Shown in pieces: positions 35,541 to 48,351 of a stretch of 48,351 nucleotides of DNA. Made by a program: the position numbers and the translations under genes. Below the pieces are notes generated by a model. That model did not search any database. It was not told the origin of the DNA and worked only from the letters and a program-made list of their open reading frames with translations. Where the stretch lies: positions 9,553,365 to 9,601,715 of the forward strand of contig NC_069000.1 of NCBI RefSeq assembly GCF_001194135.2. The letters run 5' to 3'. The stretch's first letter is position 1, and each line of letters begins with the position of its first letter. This DNA is from Octopus bimaculoides. Taxonomy: Eukaryota.

Positions 35541-37519
35541 AGGTTTTTCGTTTTCTTTTTTTTTGTTTTTTTTTTTTGCTTTAATTAATCAACATGGAGA
35601 AAATAATCTGATATCATCAAAAACGGGAGTTAAAAACAGCATTTCTTTTGTTTTAATCAGCCCCTCTTCATTAATTTAAACGCTACTCCCGTGGTTGATT
35701 TTTCTTAATCCAAACTACCTTCCCCGTCCATGTATTTCCATCAGTTAATTGGACCAACACTTCAATTCTTCAAAATGAAACGTTAACAGCACTAATTCCA
35801 CTTCCATCCAACCATCCCACGCTTCCAATACCCACCACCACCACCTTCAACTCCGTCACCATAACTGCAATTTGGCTAAGACAGGCTATGGGCACATACT
35901 TTCCTACTTGCAACTATAATCGTAAGAACAAACCTATGAATGAATAGTTTGGAACAACTGAATGAATGAATGTTCGAATGAATGAATGAATGGAACTACT
36001 ACAAATACTATTACTAGAGCTATTGGATAACGCATTTTACTCAATGGTCACGCTACTACATGTGACTGCAGTAGTTCTTGATTATGTTAATGATGATGAT
36101 TTGTCGACAATTCAAAGAAATGCTATCATGTGAATTAATGGAAGATGTCGTATTCGAAGTCTTACGTTTAGCAACTGGGGTTAATTTTACAATCTCTCGT
36201 TACTACGATTTTACGTGAAAGTGACACAGGACTGACGTACTACGAAAGAAAAACGAAAATTGTAGAAATTCTTACAATTTAAGATCCAGGTAAGACAGAA
36301 TATACAATTTGATATGAAGTACCAGCATTTATAGGAAGAACATCGGGTGTAACAAATACATAAGCTACACATTTCATCAAAAATAGTGATGTGGAAACCA
36401 GCCTCTGTTGAAGAATTAATTATATGTACGAATATTCACAAACCGACATTTTCATTCATAATGTTATAGTAATCGCCAAAAACCTCCCACTACTCTTTGT
36501 TGCTACTTTCACTCTTTCTCCATCTCACACTCACCTCTTTCTTCACCCTTCTCCCTTTATTCCTCTATACTATTGATGGCACACAAGCGTAAGGGTGCAC
36601 CTACACATTCACTTACAAACACACATAAATTTACATATAAGCGTATGTGTTTTTGTGAATGAATGTTTTTGTATCTTCTCTGTAACCGAATTTACGCACA
36701 TTCCAACGCGCGCGCATACACATACACACACGCACATAAATACACACACACACGCACATATAAATACACACACAAATATGAGAAAAAGAGATAGATAGAA
36801 GATAAACAATCAAGACAATGACAGCTATCAACTGATGTGTGTGTGTAGAGAGAGAGAAAAGTCTTTATCAATCAGGATTTCCAAAGAATTTGTATATGAG
36901 ATTGAGGAAAGGAACGAGGTGAGTACCAAAGTTGCTACACACAAAAAAAGAAAAAAAGAAGAGATTTAACATAAAATAATTTCGTTGTTATCATAAAACT
37001 GGTTGTTTATTTTGTCTTAAGACACAAGCAGGTAAAAAAAAAAGAACAAAAAAAACCATCAAGAAATGTCAATGACTTAGTTTATATGTACTCGCATTGT
37101 ATTGGACACGCGCATGCACATACATACATACATACATACGCATACACGTTTATGTATGTATGTGTGTGTGTTTTTTTATATATATATATGTGTGTGTGTA
37201 TGTGTATATAAAGGAGTAAGAAATTGAGGAAAAGCAAGAATGTGCTAGGAGACCAATAGTTACACATTAATTGCTCTGTTTGTATGTATGATTATAAATG
37301 TATGTGTATGTGTGTCTGTTATGAATATGGAGAAAAATAAATTAATACACATACATTATAAGCACACATACACACACACACACATACACTCTCACACATT
37401 CACACACTTCATTATCGATATTATACCCTCACACATCCGGATACATACACGCACACATAAAAACATAAGTATAATACATATACACACATACACATATAAT
37501 CAGTGTTCGGGACAGAAAG

Positions 37520-37605
37520 CGCAGTATCCATAGCACTGCGCGAACGGCAACCAACCATTGTTGATTTGGTGGTTAGCAACCGCATAGCAACGTTTCCTAC
37601 GTCAC
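37520..37605. promoter_or_regulatory. CpG-containing promoter/enhancer-like patch with RFX (X-box) half-sites and a CRE half-site
   Basis: GGCAAC 37546-37551, GTTAGCAAC 37572-37580, CATAGCAAC 37583-37591, TACGTCA 37598-37604, in a short GC-rich island between microsatellites. Confidence 0.35.
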
Positions 37606-37631
37606 AGCCAGTGAACCCACATAAATAATAC

Positions 37632-38505
37632 GTCTCTCTCTCTCTCTCTCTTTTGCACTCATTTTCTCTGTTTTACTCACTATTTATTCAATATATCTTT
37701 CTATTTCATTTTAATTTTATTCTTTATTTTTCCCTTAATACTTTTTATATTCCCTTGTTTTTTGTAATTTTTCTTCATTGTTCTTATTAAAACATCTTTC
37801 TTTTCCGTCAGTCTTTCTTTCTTCCTCTCTATTTTTGTTTCTCTATCTCTCCCTTCTCTCTCTCTCTGTCTCCGCTAGCCTACTTTCATTTTCTCTTCTC
37901 TCTTTTCGTCTACAAACATACACATATCTACATAACTCCCCTTCGCCTGTTACTCTAATCAAGTATTCACTCCACTCTCCTCCCCTTCATCTAATTCTCA
38001 CACTCACCTCGATCGCCTTCCTCTATGCCTTTCCTCTTACCTAATTCTCTTTAGAGCCAGTTCCACTCCTCTTACCTCCCTCTATTCCTTTCACTTTGCA
38101 AAACCTTTCCCTTCCTATCTGTCTCCCCCCTCTTCGCTTACTATTACGCTTTCCCTGTCTCTATGTCTCTACCTCGATCTCACCTTCTCCCTCTTCTTCT
38201 CCTCCCCTTCTGTCTCCTAGTTCTCCATCTCTATCGGTTCGATTTCCCCCTCCCCTCTTGCTCTTCCTCTATCCGCGTCTTATTATACACCCCTGTCTGC
38301 TCTCACACCTCTTACTTGCACGCTCGTTTTTCTTCCCCCTCCGTCTATATCTTTTACTCTCTTTATATTTCCCAATACTTATTTACCCCCCCCCCCTTTT
38401 TCTCTCTTTTTTTACTCTCCTACTTTCCATTTCTTTATTCCTCCTCTCCCCTCCCCCTCTCTCTCTTTCTCTGTCTCTCCCTCTCTTTCTCTCTCTCTCT
38501 CTCTG
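37632..38505 (+). repeat. About 870-bp pyrimidine-rich low-complexity tract ((CT)n-flanked)
   Basis: Strongly C/T-biased on the plus strand, with (CT)n at both ends. It explains the L/S/P/F-rich spurious ORFs at 37778-38567. Confidence 0.85.
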
Positions 38506-38566
38506 ACCTGAATTATCCGTTTCGGCTTTCATTTTCTGTCCAAGATTTCACAAGGTTACACAATTG

Positions 38567-38601
38567 ATGGAAAAGTTGTCAGGTGAAGCTGGAGCCAGGC
38601 C
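38567..38601 (+). CDS. Candidate first coding exon of an unidentified plus-strand gene (MEKLSGEAGARP)
   Basis: Pyrimidine-rich acceptor TTTTCTGTCCAAG at 38544; ttgATGG start; strong GTGAGT donor at 38602 (phase 2). No homology recognised. Confidence 0.3.
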
Positions 38602-38819
38602 GTGAGTACCATTTCTTCTCGAGTGACAACCACGGTGAGCAAGGACTCACCACCATTGTCACAATCACCATCACCAGCACTGTCGTTATCTCCTTCTTGT
38701 ATAGTCTTCTATAGTCTTTTTCCTTCGTTGTCTTCGTCTTCGTTTTCATCTTCTGTCCTGACACCAACTTCTATTTTCGTCTAACAATGATAGACACAGA
38801 TTATTAGAGATTGCTAGAT

Positions 38820-39242
38820 AGATTGATACCGTGATGTACATTATATAGTATATATGTATGTATATTGTTTGTTTGTTTGTACGTACGTACGTGTGTGTAT
38901 GTATGTATGTATGTATGTATGTATGTATATATATATATATATATATATATANNNNNNNNNNNNNNNNNNNNNNNNNNNNNNNNNNNNNNNNNNNNNNNNN
39001 NNNNNNNNNNNNNNNNNNNNNNNTATATATATGCATATATATATATATATATAATTATATATCCATATAATTGCACGTATATATTTATATATATAATTAT
39101 ACATATATACGTATATATAATTATATATATATATATGTATGTATTTATACATATATACGTATATATATAATTATACATAATCATGTTATATGTGCATGTA
39201 TGTGTACACACACACACACATACACACACATACACACACACA

Positions 39243-39275
<33 letters not shown>

Positions 39276-39807
39276 CATACTTACATATATGTGAGACAAA
39301 GAGAGACATTTCTTTTCTCTTCATGTCATTTTATCATCCTTCTGTGTCTATTACTTCCTTTCATTTCCAATCTCTGCTTTTCACTCTTTCTCTACACATC
39401 ATCATCATTCAGTCTCTCTCTCGACTGCTTTATGTTTTGCTTATTTTTTCTTTCTCTTTTTATGCCCTTCTTTTTATTTTAAATTATCTCTTTTTTCTTC
39501 TTCTTCTTTCTTCTGAAGCTGACAGCTTCCATTCATTTACAGATACGGACATACTGACACTCGCACGCACATACATACAAGCACACGCAGACACACAGCT
39601 AGAATGTCAGCTGTAATTTCTTCATTAGACACTGTATTACAGACACGCGTTGCATCATACACACACACACACACACACCACACCACATATACGCACACAC
39701 AGAGCTTATGTATTCAATGTATGCGATATTTATTTTTTTATAGACGTGTGTGTCTTCATTATGTACACGACTGATACATATTCAATACACTTAAGAGAAA
39801 CTGATTT

Positions 39808-39874
<67 letters not shown>

Positions 39875-39880
39875 CTCTTG
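38820..39880. repeat. Dense (TA)n/(TATG)n/(CA)n microsatellite field including an N gap
   Basis: Direct reading. It is the source of many Y/I/H/T-rich false ORFs; N gap at 38952-39023. Confidence 0.9.
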
Positions 39881-40447
39881 TCTATATAATATACATCACA
39901 AACGATGTCCCTCACGAGCCAGTGAGGGACCCTCTAAGTGTTCACTCGACCAGCTAAAAATAGAAGCCAAATCTCCTTTAAATCATACCTTGCTGTTTTC
40001 AATAAAATAAAATAAAGTAAAGACTGATGCTGTCCTAGAACGGACAGTCACGGTTGGAATGCCTTTGATCGTAGGTATGTTCAATACGAATAATATCAAC
40101 GTACTAACCCATAAATATTTACCTAAAATCTATCCCCCCTTCCTCGCCGCTCATACATGGACTTATAAATCCCGTTAACAACACAAACAAACACAAACAT
40201 TTGTGTCTTAAGCTTGTATTTATAGACTTAGGCATAGATATATATAATCGTGTATGCATATATCTGTACTAACACCACTCATAGTCTCACACATGCGGAA
40301 TGGCTGAGTCTTATTGCGAGAAGAGGGGAGTTGGTGCACTGATTTCTGCAATGGAGCAGACGATCATTTATTTATCTGTTTATTTATTCATTTGCTAGTT
40401 GGATATTTCCTTGTCAGCCATGTGTCAGTGTATGGCCGTGCATTGCT

Positions 40448-40460
40448 TGCATACGCACGC

Positions 40461-40491
<31 letters not shown>

Positions 40492-40496
40492 TGTGT
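40448..40496. repeat. Compound (CG)9-(TG)n alternating purine-pyrimidine microsatellite
   Basis: TGCATACGCA-(CG)9 at 40458-40475, then (TG)n to 40496; followed by (TA)n. Confidence 0.95.
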
Positions 40497-40663
40497 TGCA
40501 TATATATATATATATGTGTGGAGGAGTTTGTCTCCCCCTCGTAAGGATAAGGGCACAGGAAATGTGTCAAGGCCTAATAAGAAGCGGTCTGGCTTCCTAG
40601 GGCTAAACAGCAGTAGTATATTCCCTTATTGGGACTGTCACGTTAAGTTGGCAGTATACAGCT

Positions 40664-40706
<43 letters not shown>

Positions 40707-41689
40707 ACACACACACGCACACACACATATATATATATACACACACACATATACATGCAATGCATGGCTACATACTTATATACAAGTTCATTAACAAGTT
40801 CTAGTTGACCCATGCAAGCATGGAAAACGATGGTGATCATCACAATCACTTTGGTGAGTGTATGTGTGTATGAAAGTGTCATTTTAATTGCCTCTTGCTA
40901 TATGCAGTAATGTGCACCTATTCTAAAACTTAGATACATAGGTTAATAGATATATATATAAATACATATCTTTTTCTACTCTAGGCACAAGGCCCGAAAT
41001 TTTGGGGGAGGGGGGGCAGTCGATTAGATCAACTCCAGTATGCAACTGGTATCTGATTTATTGACCCCCCAAAAGGATGAAAGGCAAAGCCCACCTCGGC
41101 GGAATTTGAACTCAGAACGTAACGACAGTTCAAAGGGTAGCGTAATGCAAGGGTAGAGCAAGAAATCCACGTATCATGTACTCCAAATCAGTCAGAAGGA
41201 TGTGGACAATCAGTGGTGAGTTTGCAGTAAATAGTCAATTCGAATAAATGAAAAAAAAAACAACAAAAAAAACGAGTGTGCAGACGTGCACAAGAAATGT
41301 ATTACCTTGACACTCAGTGAAATCATCACCACCATCATTTACCATGCTTGCAGGGGTCAGATGGGATTTGTTGAATGGGCATATGTGTGTGTGTGTGATT
41401 GTGCATTGCATGCATCCTTTCGGGGTTGATTAAATAAGTACCAGTTACACACTGGGGTCGATATAATCGACTTAATCCATTTGTCTGTCCTTGTTTGTCC
41501 CTTCTGCGTGTCACCCCTTGTTGGTAGTAAAGAAATGACACACAGACACACACACACACACTATTTTATAGTATGGAAGACACTGTTTTTGTAAAAGAAA
41601 AATACCTTGAAAATTACCAATTAACTTCCATGATGCTTGTTGAGTGGGATGGTTGGTGAGTTATACTTGAGTACCAGTAGTTGATAGGT

Positions 41690-41940
41690 GATCAACAGTG
41701 GTGGGTGTGGTATGATCACTATGGCATGTTGCATGAATAATCTGCTTGACATTTAAAGTACAAAGCATAGTGTTGTGTTCTACAGTAACAGCCAACAGCA
41801 AACCACCAGGTAGGTAGACATTAACTGGTGATTTCACATAATGACTGGCATGAGCACTCTGCTGGTTTGCCCACCAATTTTGTCTGATAACAGCATTTAG
41901 CATGCACCTGCTGGTTACTACCCTATCATGTGGCTGTGGT
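41690..41940 (-). mobile_element. Possible heavily decayed Tc1-like transposase fragment
   Basis: MLNAVIRQNWWANQQ...YVKSPVNVY loosely resembles LSGxVNRHNxRxWxxENP...DSPKVNV; weak. Confidence 0.3.
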
Positions 41941-42049
41941 TTTGGTAAGTATAAACATTTAATATGTCAAAAAGAAGGCTTATTATAGATATTGACAATT
42001 ATACAATTATATATATCATCATGTTTGTATGAACACTAATTAAATGAGT

Positions 42050-42330
42050 ACTAATTTCCAAAATAGATGGGTAAAAACTAAGACCAAAAGTTATATTGGA
42101 ATGACTGAGGGGAGATTCAAGCAACAATATGGGAATCATACTGCCTTCTTCAGAGATGAAGAAAACGATTGTCAACAGCATTATCAAAATACATATGGTT
42201 GCTTAAAGAAAGCAACTCAGGTTATGCAGTCAAATAGAGAATAGGAGACTTAAACCTAACATTAAGGGAAGTAAAAGATACCCTTTAGTGAAAGGCAGAC
42301 TTTGCTTGAAAGCGATGGAAGAGTGTCTAA
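42050..42330 (+). mobile_element. Penelope-like retroelement fragment (GIY-YIG endonuclease remnant)
   Basis: KSYIGMTEGRFKQQYGNHTAFF matches the Penelope-like YIGxTExxFKxRYxNHxxSF; a downstream RLCLK resembles CxLCLxEK; disrupted. Confidence 0.7.
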
Positions 42331-42747
42331 GCATGTATTCAGAATGTTTGGAACACACAACCACTTTCACAAGTCCCTGCTGCAGTAGTGCTACCCATCT
42401 GATAAGTTTATGGATATCTGTTGAGATCTTCACATTGTGTAACATCACTATATAAGATGCTATACAGACCCCTCTGAGAACTCTTTCTAACAGAAGTAAC
42501 TCCACTACCCCAACTAAGAAACTTTAAGACTTTTATAGAGAATAATTTATAGGAACACTTATGCATATGAACTCTTCTTGTCTCTGTTATTTCATAACTA
42601 TATATATCATCTCAAAAAATATTCACTTTCATTTATATTTACTTTCTGTTTATATTAATATTATATTTATTTATCACTTACTTAGTATATGCACCATTAT
42701 GATTATACTCCTAATGTTTTACATTAGAACCATTAGATACATGCACA

Positions 42748-42780
<33 letters not shown>

Positions 42781-44457
42781 CACACTCAAAACTGAAGTCA
42801 TCACTACATTACTAGTATGAGATTATCTCCCTTGCTTTTGAATGCCATGTGCACGACAGGCTATCATTCAAACATAGACACAGACGTTATGTGGTTAAGA
42901 AATTTGCTTCACATGGTTTTGGGTTCAGTCCCACCTTGGGACTGTGCATCACCTTGGGCAAGTGCCTTTTACTATTGCCCTGAGCCAGCGAACGCCTTGT
43001 AAATGAATTTGGTAGACATAAACTGAAAAGATGGCTATTGTGTGTAGGCATATCTCCCTGTATAGTATCTTGAGCAAGTGTCTTCTACTGTAGCCTTGGG
43101 TCAACCAAAGCTTTGTGAGTGTAAAATGGTTGGCATTAGAAAGGGCATATTGTATATTTGTGTGTATGTGTGTGAATATGTGTGAGATTGTCAATTCCAC
43201 ATGTCTCCTGAACAAATGTAATCCAGCAAACATGGGAAAATCAGTGGAATGAAAACTGTCTTACTTGAAAATCAAATAAAGGTTGGTGACTGGAAGAACC
43301 TCCAGCCATGAAGTATCTACCCCAATGAGTTTCATTTAATTCATGCCCACATGGAAAAACCAATGTAAAAATTATACTGATGACATAGTAATAAGTCACA
43401 TACAGGATACATCATAAGTTATATTTTTCACAGTATGGCTGAATGGTAAGAGATTTGTCTCACAACCAAGAGGTTCCAGGTTTGATCCCACTGTTTAGCA
43501 TCTTGGGAAGATGTCATCTTCTATAACTTTGGGTCAATCTATATCTTGGGAGGGAAATTGAGTAAACAGGAACTGTATCGAAGCCTGTTTGTACCCATAA
43601 TTCAAAAGCACAGCATCGTTACACACTCTTTCATGCTTATCCTGCCTGGGAAGTATGCCAAAGATCTGTGGAATACTCAACCACATATACGTCAGTTCAC
43701 TTAGCTGGTCATCCAGATGATTGAACAACTGAATTCTTATTGAACCAAGAGAGTACCATTCATCCAGCCAGCCAGCCAGCCAGCCAGCCATCCAGCCAGC
43801 CAGCCAGCCAGCCATCCTTTCATACACACACACACACGCACAAAATGAGCTAAAAGAAATAACTCCAAGTGTCCGGTGGCATTACTTTGAACAACAAAGA
43901 TAAAGAAAGGCACACTATCATTCAAGATAAATTTTTGATCTACTGAAATTCTCTTTGCTTTGAGAGAATGTGAACAAACACCTAGCGGCAATTGCAATTA
44001 GCTTTGAATGACAAAGAGAGATTGTTCCAAGGAATCAATAATTCTCCAGAATTAGCATTTCATTAAGGATAATACAAATCTGTTGTAAATACGTTTCTAG
44101 CTCAATAAGCATCATCAGTATCACAATTGTAAATACATACATGTATATGTACATGTATATACACACATGTATATGTACATGTATATACACACATGTATAT
44201 GCATGTGCATATATACACTCAAGTAAATGATCATTGACTCTCTTGGGTTCATTTGTCCTTTCTCAGGTTTTGTTTTTCATCCTGCAGGGGACCTAAATAT
44301 CACCTTCTCCACAAAGAAAGCAAGTTTGGCAAATTTCCTGGTTTAGTTGCCAAAGGCTTAAATATGCAAAGGAAGTACTGGCTTTCATGGTTAGAATTTG
44401 CAAGTCTATGGTTATTAGATCTCTGAACTGACATATATACATATATACACAGACACA

Positions 44458-45706
44458 TAAGGGTTGTATTGAAAGTAAGGCAAAAGCAAGCATAACTTTT
44501 TCATTAAATGACATAGCTTGATCAAACTGCACATGTTGGTTGAGTAATTCTTCCTCCTTACTTGACCTAGGCTTCATCACAAGTAATACATCTGCACCAT
44601 TGTTGAACTCAACTCTTGAATCCTCTTTGAAAAAAAGATTCTAGTGTGCATGGTTGTAATAGCTGTACCTGCCTCTTCACAGCCACTTTCATTTCATCTG
44701 TGTCATCAAAACATTGCTCATGAAGATTGTCTTCCATTGGACTGGAAGGTGAAAACTGGAGGGTTCCAGATCTGGGTTGATGGGGGAACCACTGACCAGC
44801 CTAGTTTGTTGCCAAGATCTGTATGGTTGCACTTTGTCAAAGTGAATGCGAATCATTTTTGGTTTCTTTCTCCTAATTGCCTCTCTATGCTTTTTGAGTG
44901 TCTCAATGCACCTTTTACTCTTCATGCTACAGTTAAGTCACAAAAAATGTCAAGGAGAATCACACCCTTTTCATCCCGGAAAACAGTCACCAAGACTTTC
45001 TCTGCTGATTGTTAGCTCTTGATCTTCTTAGACCTTGGAGAAGGGCTGTGATGTCATTCCATGGAGTGGGCTTTCATTCCCAGATCATAAAAATGTTACT
45101 ACCTTATATTCATTGTCACCAAATCAAAAGAAAGAGAAAGTGTCTTGATTGGTACAAATGCTTCAGGTGGATCATAGTAGACTTCCACCCTTCTCGTCTT
45201 CAAATTGGGTGTCAATTGCTGAGGTATCTACTTTGCAAATACTTTTTGATGCCTAAAGTTTTCCATCATCTTCTGTAGTGCAGTGTGATTGCAGTTCAGT
45301 CGTGCAACAAGTTCATGAATTCTGATTCGTCTGTCTGTCTGTCTACTTGCCAGTGATTCATGTCAATGGTTGCAGTTGATGGTGTTTCACTGCCTGGATT
45401 GTCATCGATGATGGGGTTTTTTTCCCCCCTTCTTTAAACTTCTTCATCCACTTGAACATGTCAATCTTATCATTGGTATCATCTTTTTTAAACATTCTGT
45501 GGACTTCTGTTGATGTTGGACAGTCTGAACGCTTTCTTTATCAAAGACTCAATGACAGAATGTTGCTTCTGCTTGGCTCCCATTATTTGCCTACAATGAA
45601 GAACAGAAAGAAAAGTTGCTCTACCAATTTGTGCTACTTGAAAAACCCATGTCAACTGATCAAAAAATGTTATGCTCATTTTTGCATTACTTTGAGACAA
45701 CCTTGT
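44458..45706 (-). mobile_element. Full-length but decayed mariner element (about 1.25 kb)
   Basis: Degenerate TIRs (TAAGGGTTGTATTGAAAGTAAGGCAAAA versus reverse-complement CAAGGTTGTCTCAAAGTAATGCAAAA). Transposase fragments MGAKQKQHSVIE, ETLKKHREAIRRKKP, IHFDKVQPY (HDNARPH) and PDLEPSSFHL (SPDLAPSDFHL). Confidence 0.88.
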
Positions 45707-45819
45707 GTGCGTGTGTATTATATGTATACATATGTGTGTATGTATGTGTGTGTATGGTTATAAATAATTAGAGAAGTATAGTATAATAAAATTTATTCAA
45801 CCATTGGAAATTCTTATAT

Positions 45820-46250
45820 AACAAGAATTGTTTCTCAACTTAAAACATGCATAGATAATATATTTTAATATCATTTGATATCCTTCTTCCATGCGGCCAT
45901 GGATTGGACACAGAGACAGAATCCGTTGAGCTCTAATGTCTGCTTTGCTCAGGTTTCTATGATTGGATGCACTTCCTGATGCCACCCATTTTACAGAGCG
46001 TACAGGGTGTTGTTTTCATGGCAAAGGTATTTGTGAGGTGACCAAGTAATTTGCAAGACAAACACAAAGACCACTTGGATGAGTTGGGTTGCATTAGAGA
46101 GGGAGGTGGCTTTATGCTAGGCATTGAAGGGTTATATACATATATGTGTTTGTGTGTGCGTGTGTGTGTATGTACATCATCACCATTATCATCCTCTAAT
46201 GTCTGTTTCCCATGCTGGAATGGGTTGGACAATTTGACCTGAGCTGGCAA
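45820..46250 (-). mobile_element. SINE/RTE-type repeat copy
   Basis: CCATGCTGGAATGGGTTGGAC and GGATGCACTTCCTGATGCCACCCA segments shared with 30410-30560 and 15660-15790. Confidence 0.6.
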
Positions 46251-46552
46251 ACAGGACGCTAGCCTAAGGTTAGTGGGGCTGAAGAATTTTTTTTACCTTA
46301 CAACTACGTCTGCGCTTCACACATACATAGACACGCGCGTGCGCACACACACACACACACGTATACACACACAAACACACACATGTAAATGTATATACAT
46401 GCGCAATAGCTAACTTGCAATAATAGAAATAAGCTACAAAATTCTACAGCATTCAATACTAATTCAATATTACAACACAATAAAATAACAGGAAGGAGTT
46501 GAAATTCAATCAAATAACTGAATTTAGTCGTATCAGATATATAATACATACA

Positions 46553-46604
<52 letters not shown>

Positions 46605-46702
46605 TATTTATTGGAGTGCGAAGATTCCTACAATATATTATCTAAGACATTCATTNNNNNNNNNNNNNNNNNNNNNNNNNNNNNNNNNNNNNNNNNNNNN
46701 NN

Positions 46703-46740
<38 letters not shown>

Positions 46741-47071
46741 TTCATTTTACTGATCACACAAATATAATGTATTTGTATTTGTATAAAGATATACACATGA
46801 TTGTCTATATGTATATGTGTGTGTAAACAGCTCACTCCTACTCCTACTCCAATGTCCATATATGTACATGTACAGTAACGTAGCTTGCCCTTGTTCTGCT
46901 ATTCATTGAAGAATTTACATTCATCCATATGCGTAGGTAAGTGTGTATAGTCTAAGAGTTGTTCATTCATACATTCATTTATTCATTCATAAAGAAGTAC
47001 GCTGCTATGCTACAGAAATACATATGTTCATACATACATACTTACATACATACATTCATACATACGTGTAA

Positions 47072-47103
<32 letters not shown>

Positions 47104-48286
47104 CCCCCCTCTCTCTCTCACTTCCTCCCATCCTCTCTCTTTATATATAATTTTTATGTAAATGTTTTTTCTTTATTAAATGGCATTATTTTACTACTAC
47201 TATTACTTCTATATTTCATGTCTATGTGTGTCTCTTGCTAATTGGTGCCAGCATGCATGTGTATGTATATAACTGGTATAACACATCCACACACACACAC
47301 ACACTCACACACACACATTCCTACACACAATCTTATATACATGTATATGTGTGTGTGTCTATATATATATGTGTGTGTGTGTGTATATTGCCTCTTTACT
47401 ATCTCATCATTGACTACCCCACTGGCATTGGTACCTCCCCTACTCTCAACCTCCCTTCAACTCCAACTCCAATTTAGAACCAAAACTCTGAGATAATCTA
47501 TTACAAGGTTGATAGATAGATTATCGATTGATGTATAGGTAGATCGACTGATGGATTTGTAGATAGGTAGGTCGATTCCTTGTTCTAAATCTAAATCTAT
47601 ATGTGAATGGTCTCCATTTTAGGAGAAGATAGTTTCGCTTTTATTTCTCCATAATGGAATTCATATTTATTCACATATAATTTTTTTTTCCTTCGACCAA
47701 CAAGTAGCACAACAAAAAAAGAAAAAAAAAAAAAAGAAAGAAGGAAAGAAAAAAAGAATGAAAAAGAAAAAAAGGAAGGAAAATCAGAAATTTATAATGT
47801 ACAATATAATCAAAAATAATTGAATCTAATGAAAAAGGAAAAAAAAATATATGCAGTAGTGTAGTAGTAAACTCTATTCTGAAGCCCACATACATAGAGT
47901 AAGAGTTCATTAACCCCCCACCTCCTCCTCACAGAGAGACAGAGGGATAGAGAGAGGGGAGGAGAGGCATTGTCAGTAATGTACCCACTCAGTCATCAAT
48001 GTATCATGCCACTTCATTCATTCATTCATTCATACATCTTGTCGTTCTTCCATTCATTTTCTTTTCCGTAGAGGAGAGTAGTATCCTTCCTATGAATATG
48101 TCCATTGATTTTTCTTTTTTTTTTTTTTCCCTTCTTCTACTTTCTGCCATTACCAGCTACTCATACCAATGATTGATGATGACGATGATGATGATGATGA
48201 TGTGTGTGTATGTGTGTATATGTATGTGTGTGTGTGTATGTATATATGTGGGTGTTCGCAAATATGTGTATATATATATATATACA

Positions 48287-48351
<65 letters not shown>

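Noticed and set aside
37778-38567. L/S/P/F-rich ORFs resembling membrane or proline-rich proteins
   Set aside because: Products of the polypyrimidine low-complexity tract.
38620-38790. Minus-strand exon-like segment (acidic TEDENEDEDNEG frame, or KEITTVLVMVIVTMV transmembrane-like frame) with a GTGAGT donor
   Set aside because: The acidic frame has an internal TAG, the other frame lacks a usable acceptor, and no partner exons were found; probably low-complexity intron.
41192-41221. Strong plus-strand donor GTG/GTGAGT at 41216 with a possible 24-nt microexon
   Set aside because: The acceptor is weak and sits just after a SINE end; there is no way to distinguish it from chance without RNA data.

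Overview
AT-rich (microsatellite- and SINE-dense) animal genomic DNA. The repeat content points to a cephalopod, most likely Octopus; this is inference. There are six N-gaps. No prokaryotic features (CRISPR, operons, rRNA, true tRNA) were found. Four spliced protein-coding genes were reconstructed by hand from GT-AG junctions and phase. (1) Cytoplasmic seryl-tRNA synthetase, exons 1-2 on the minus strand, running off the left edge. (2) Head-to-head with it, a complete 6-exon glyoxalase I on the plus strand (181 aa). (3) A complete 2-exon secreted coiled-coil/C1q-domain gene on the minus strand (252 aa). (4) A 6-exon secreted protein with two tandem, divergent CUB-like domains on the minus strand (about 310 aa), which the ORF track shows only as fragments. 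The right half is mostly decayed Tc1/mariner and Penelope-like elements, SINEs, MITEs and microsatellites. It also holds a cluster of strong plus-strand splice donors and RFX-like motifs at 36-38.6 kb that may be the 5' end of an unrecognised gene. The best leads are a genomic Gln (CAG) at the normally Arg glutathione-binding site of GLO1 that A-to-I editing would restore, the adjacent CUB-CUB and C1q genes (with an in-phase fusion splice possible), and several foldback elements. None is proven from sequence alone.
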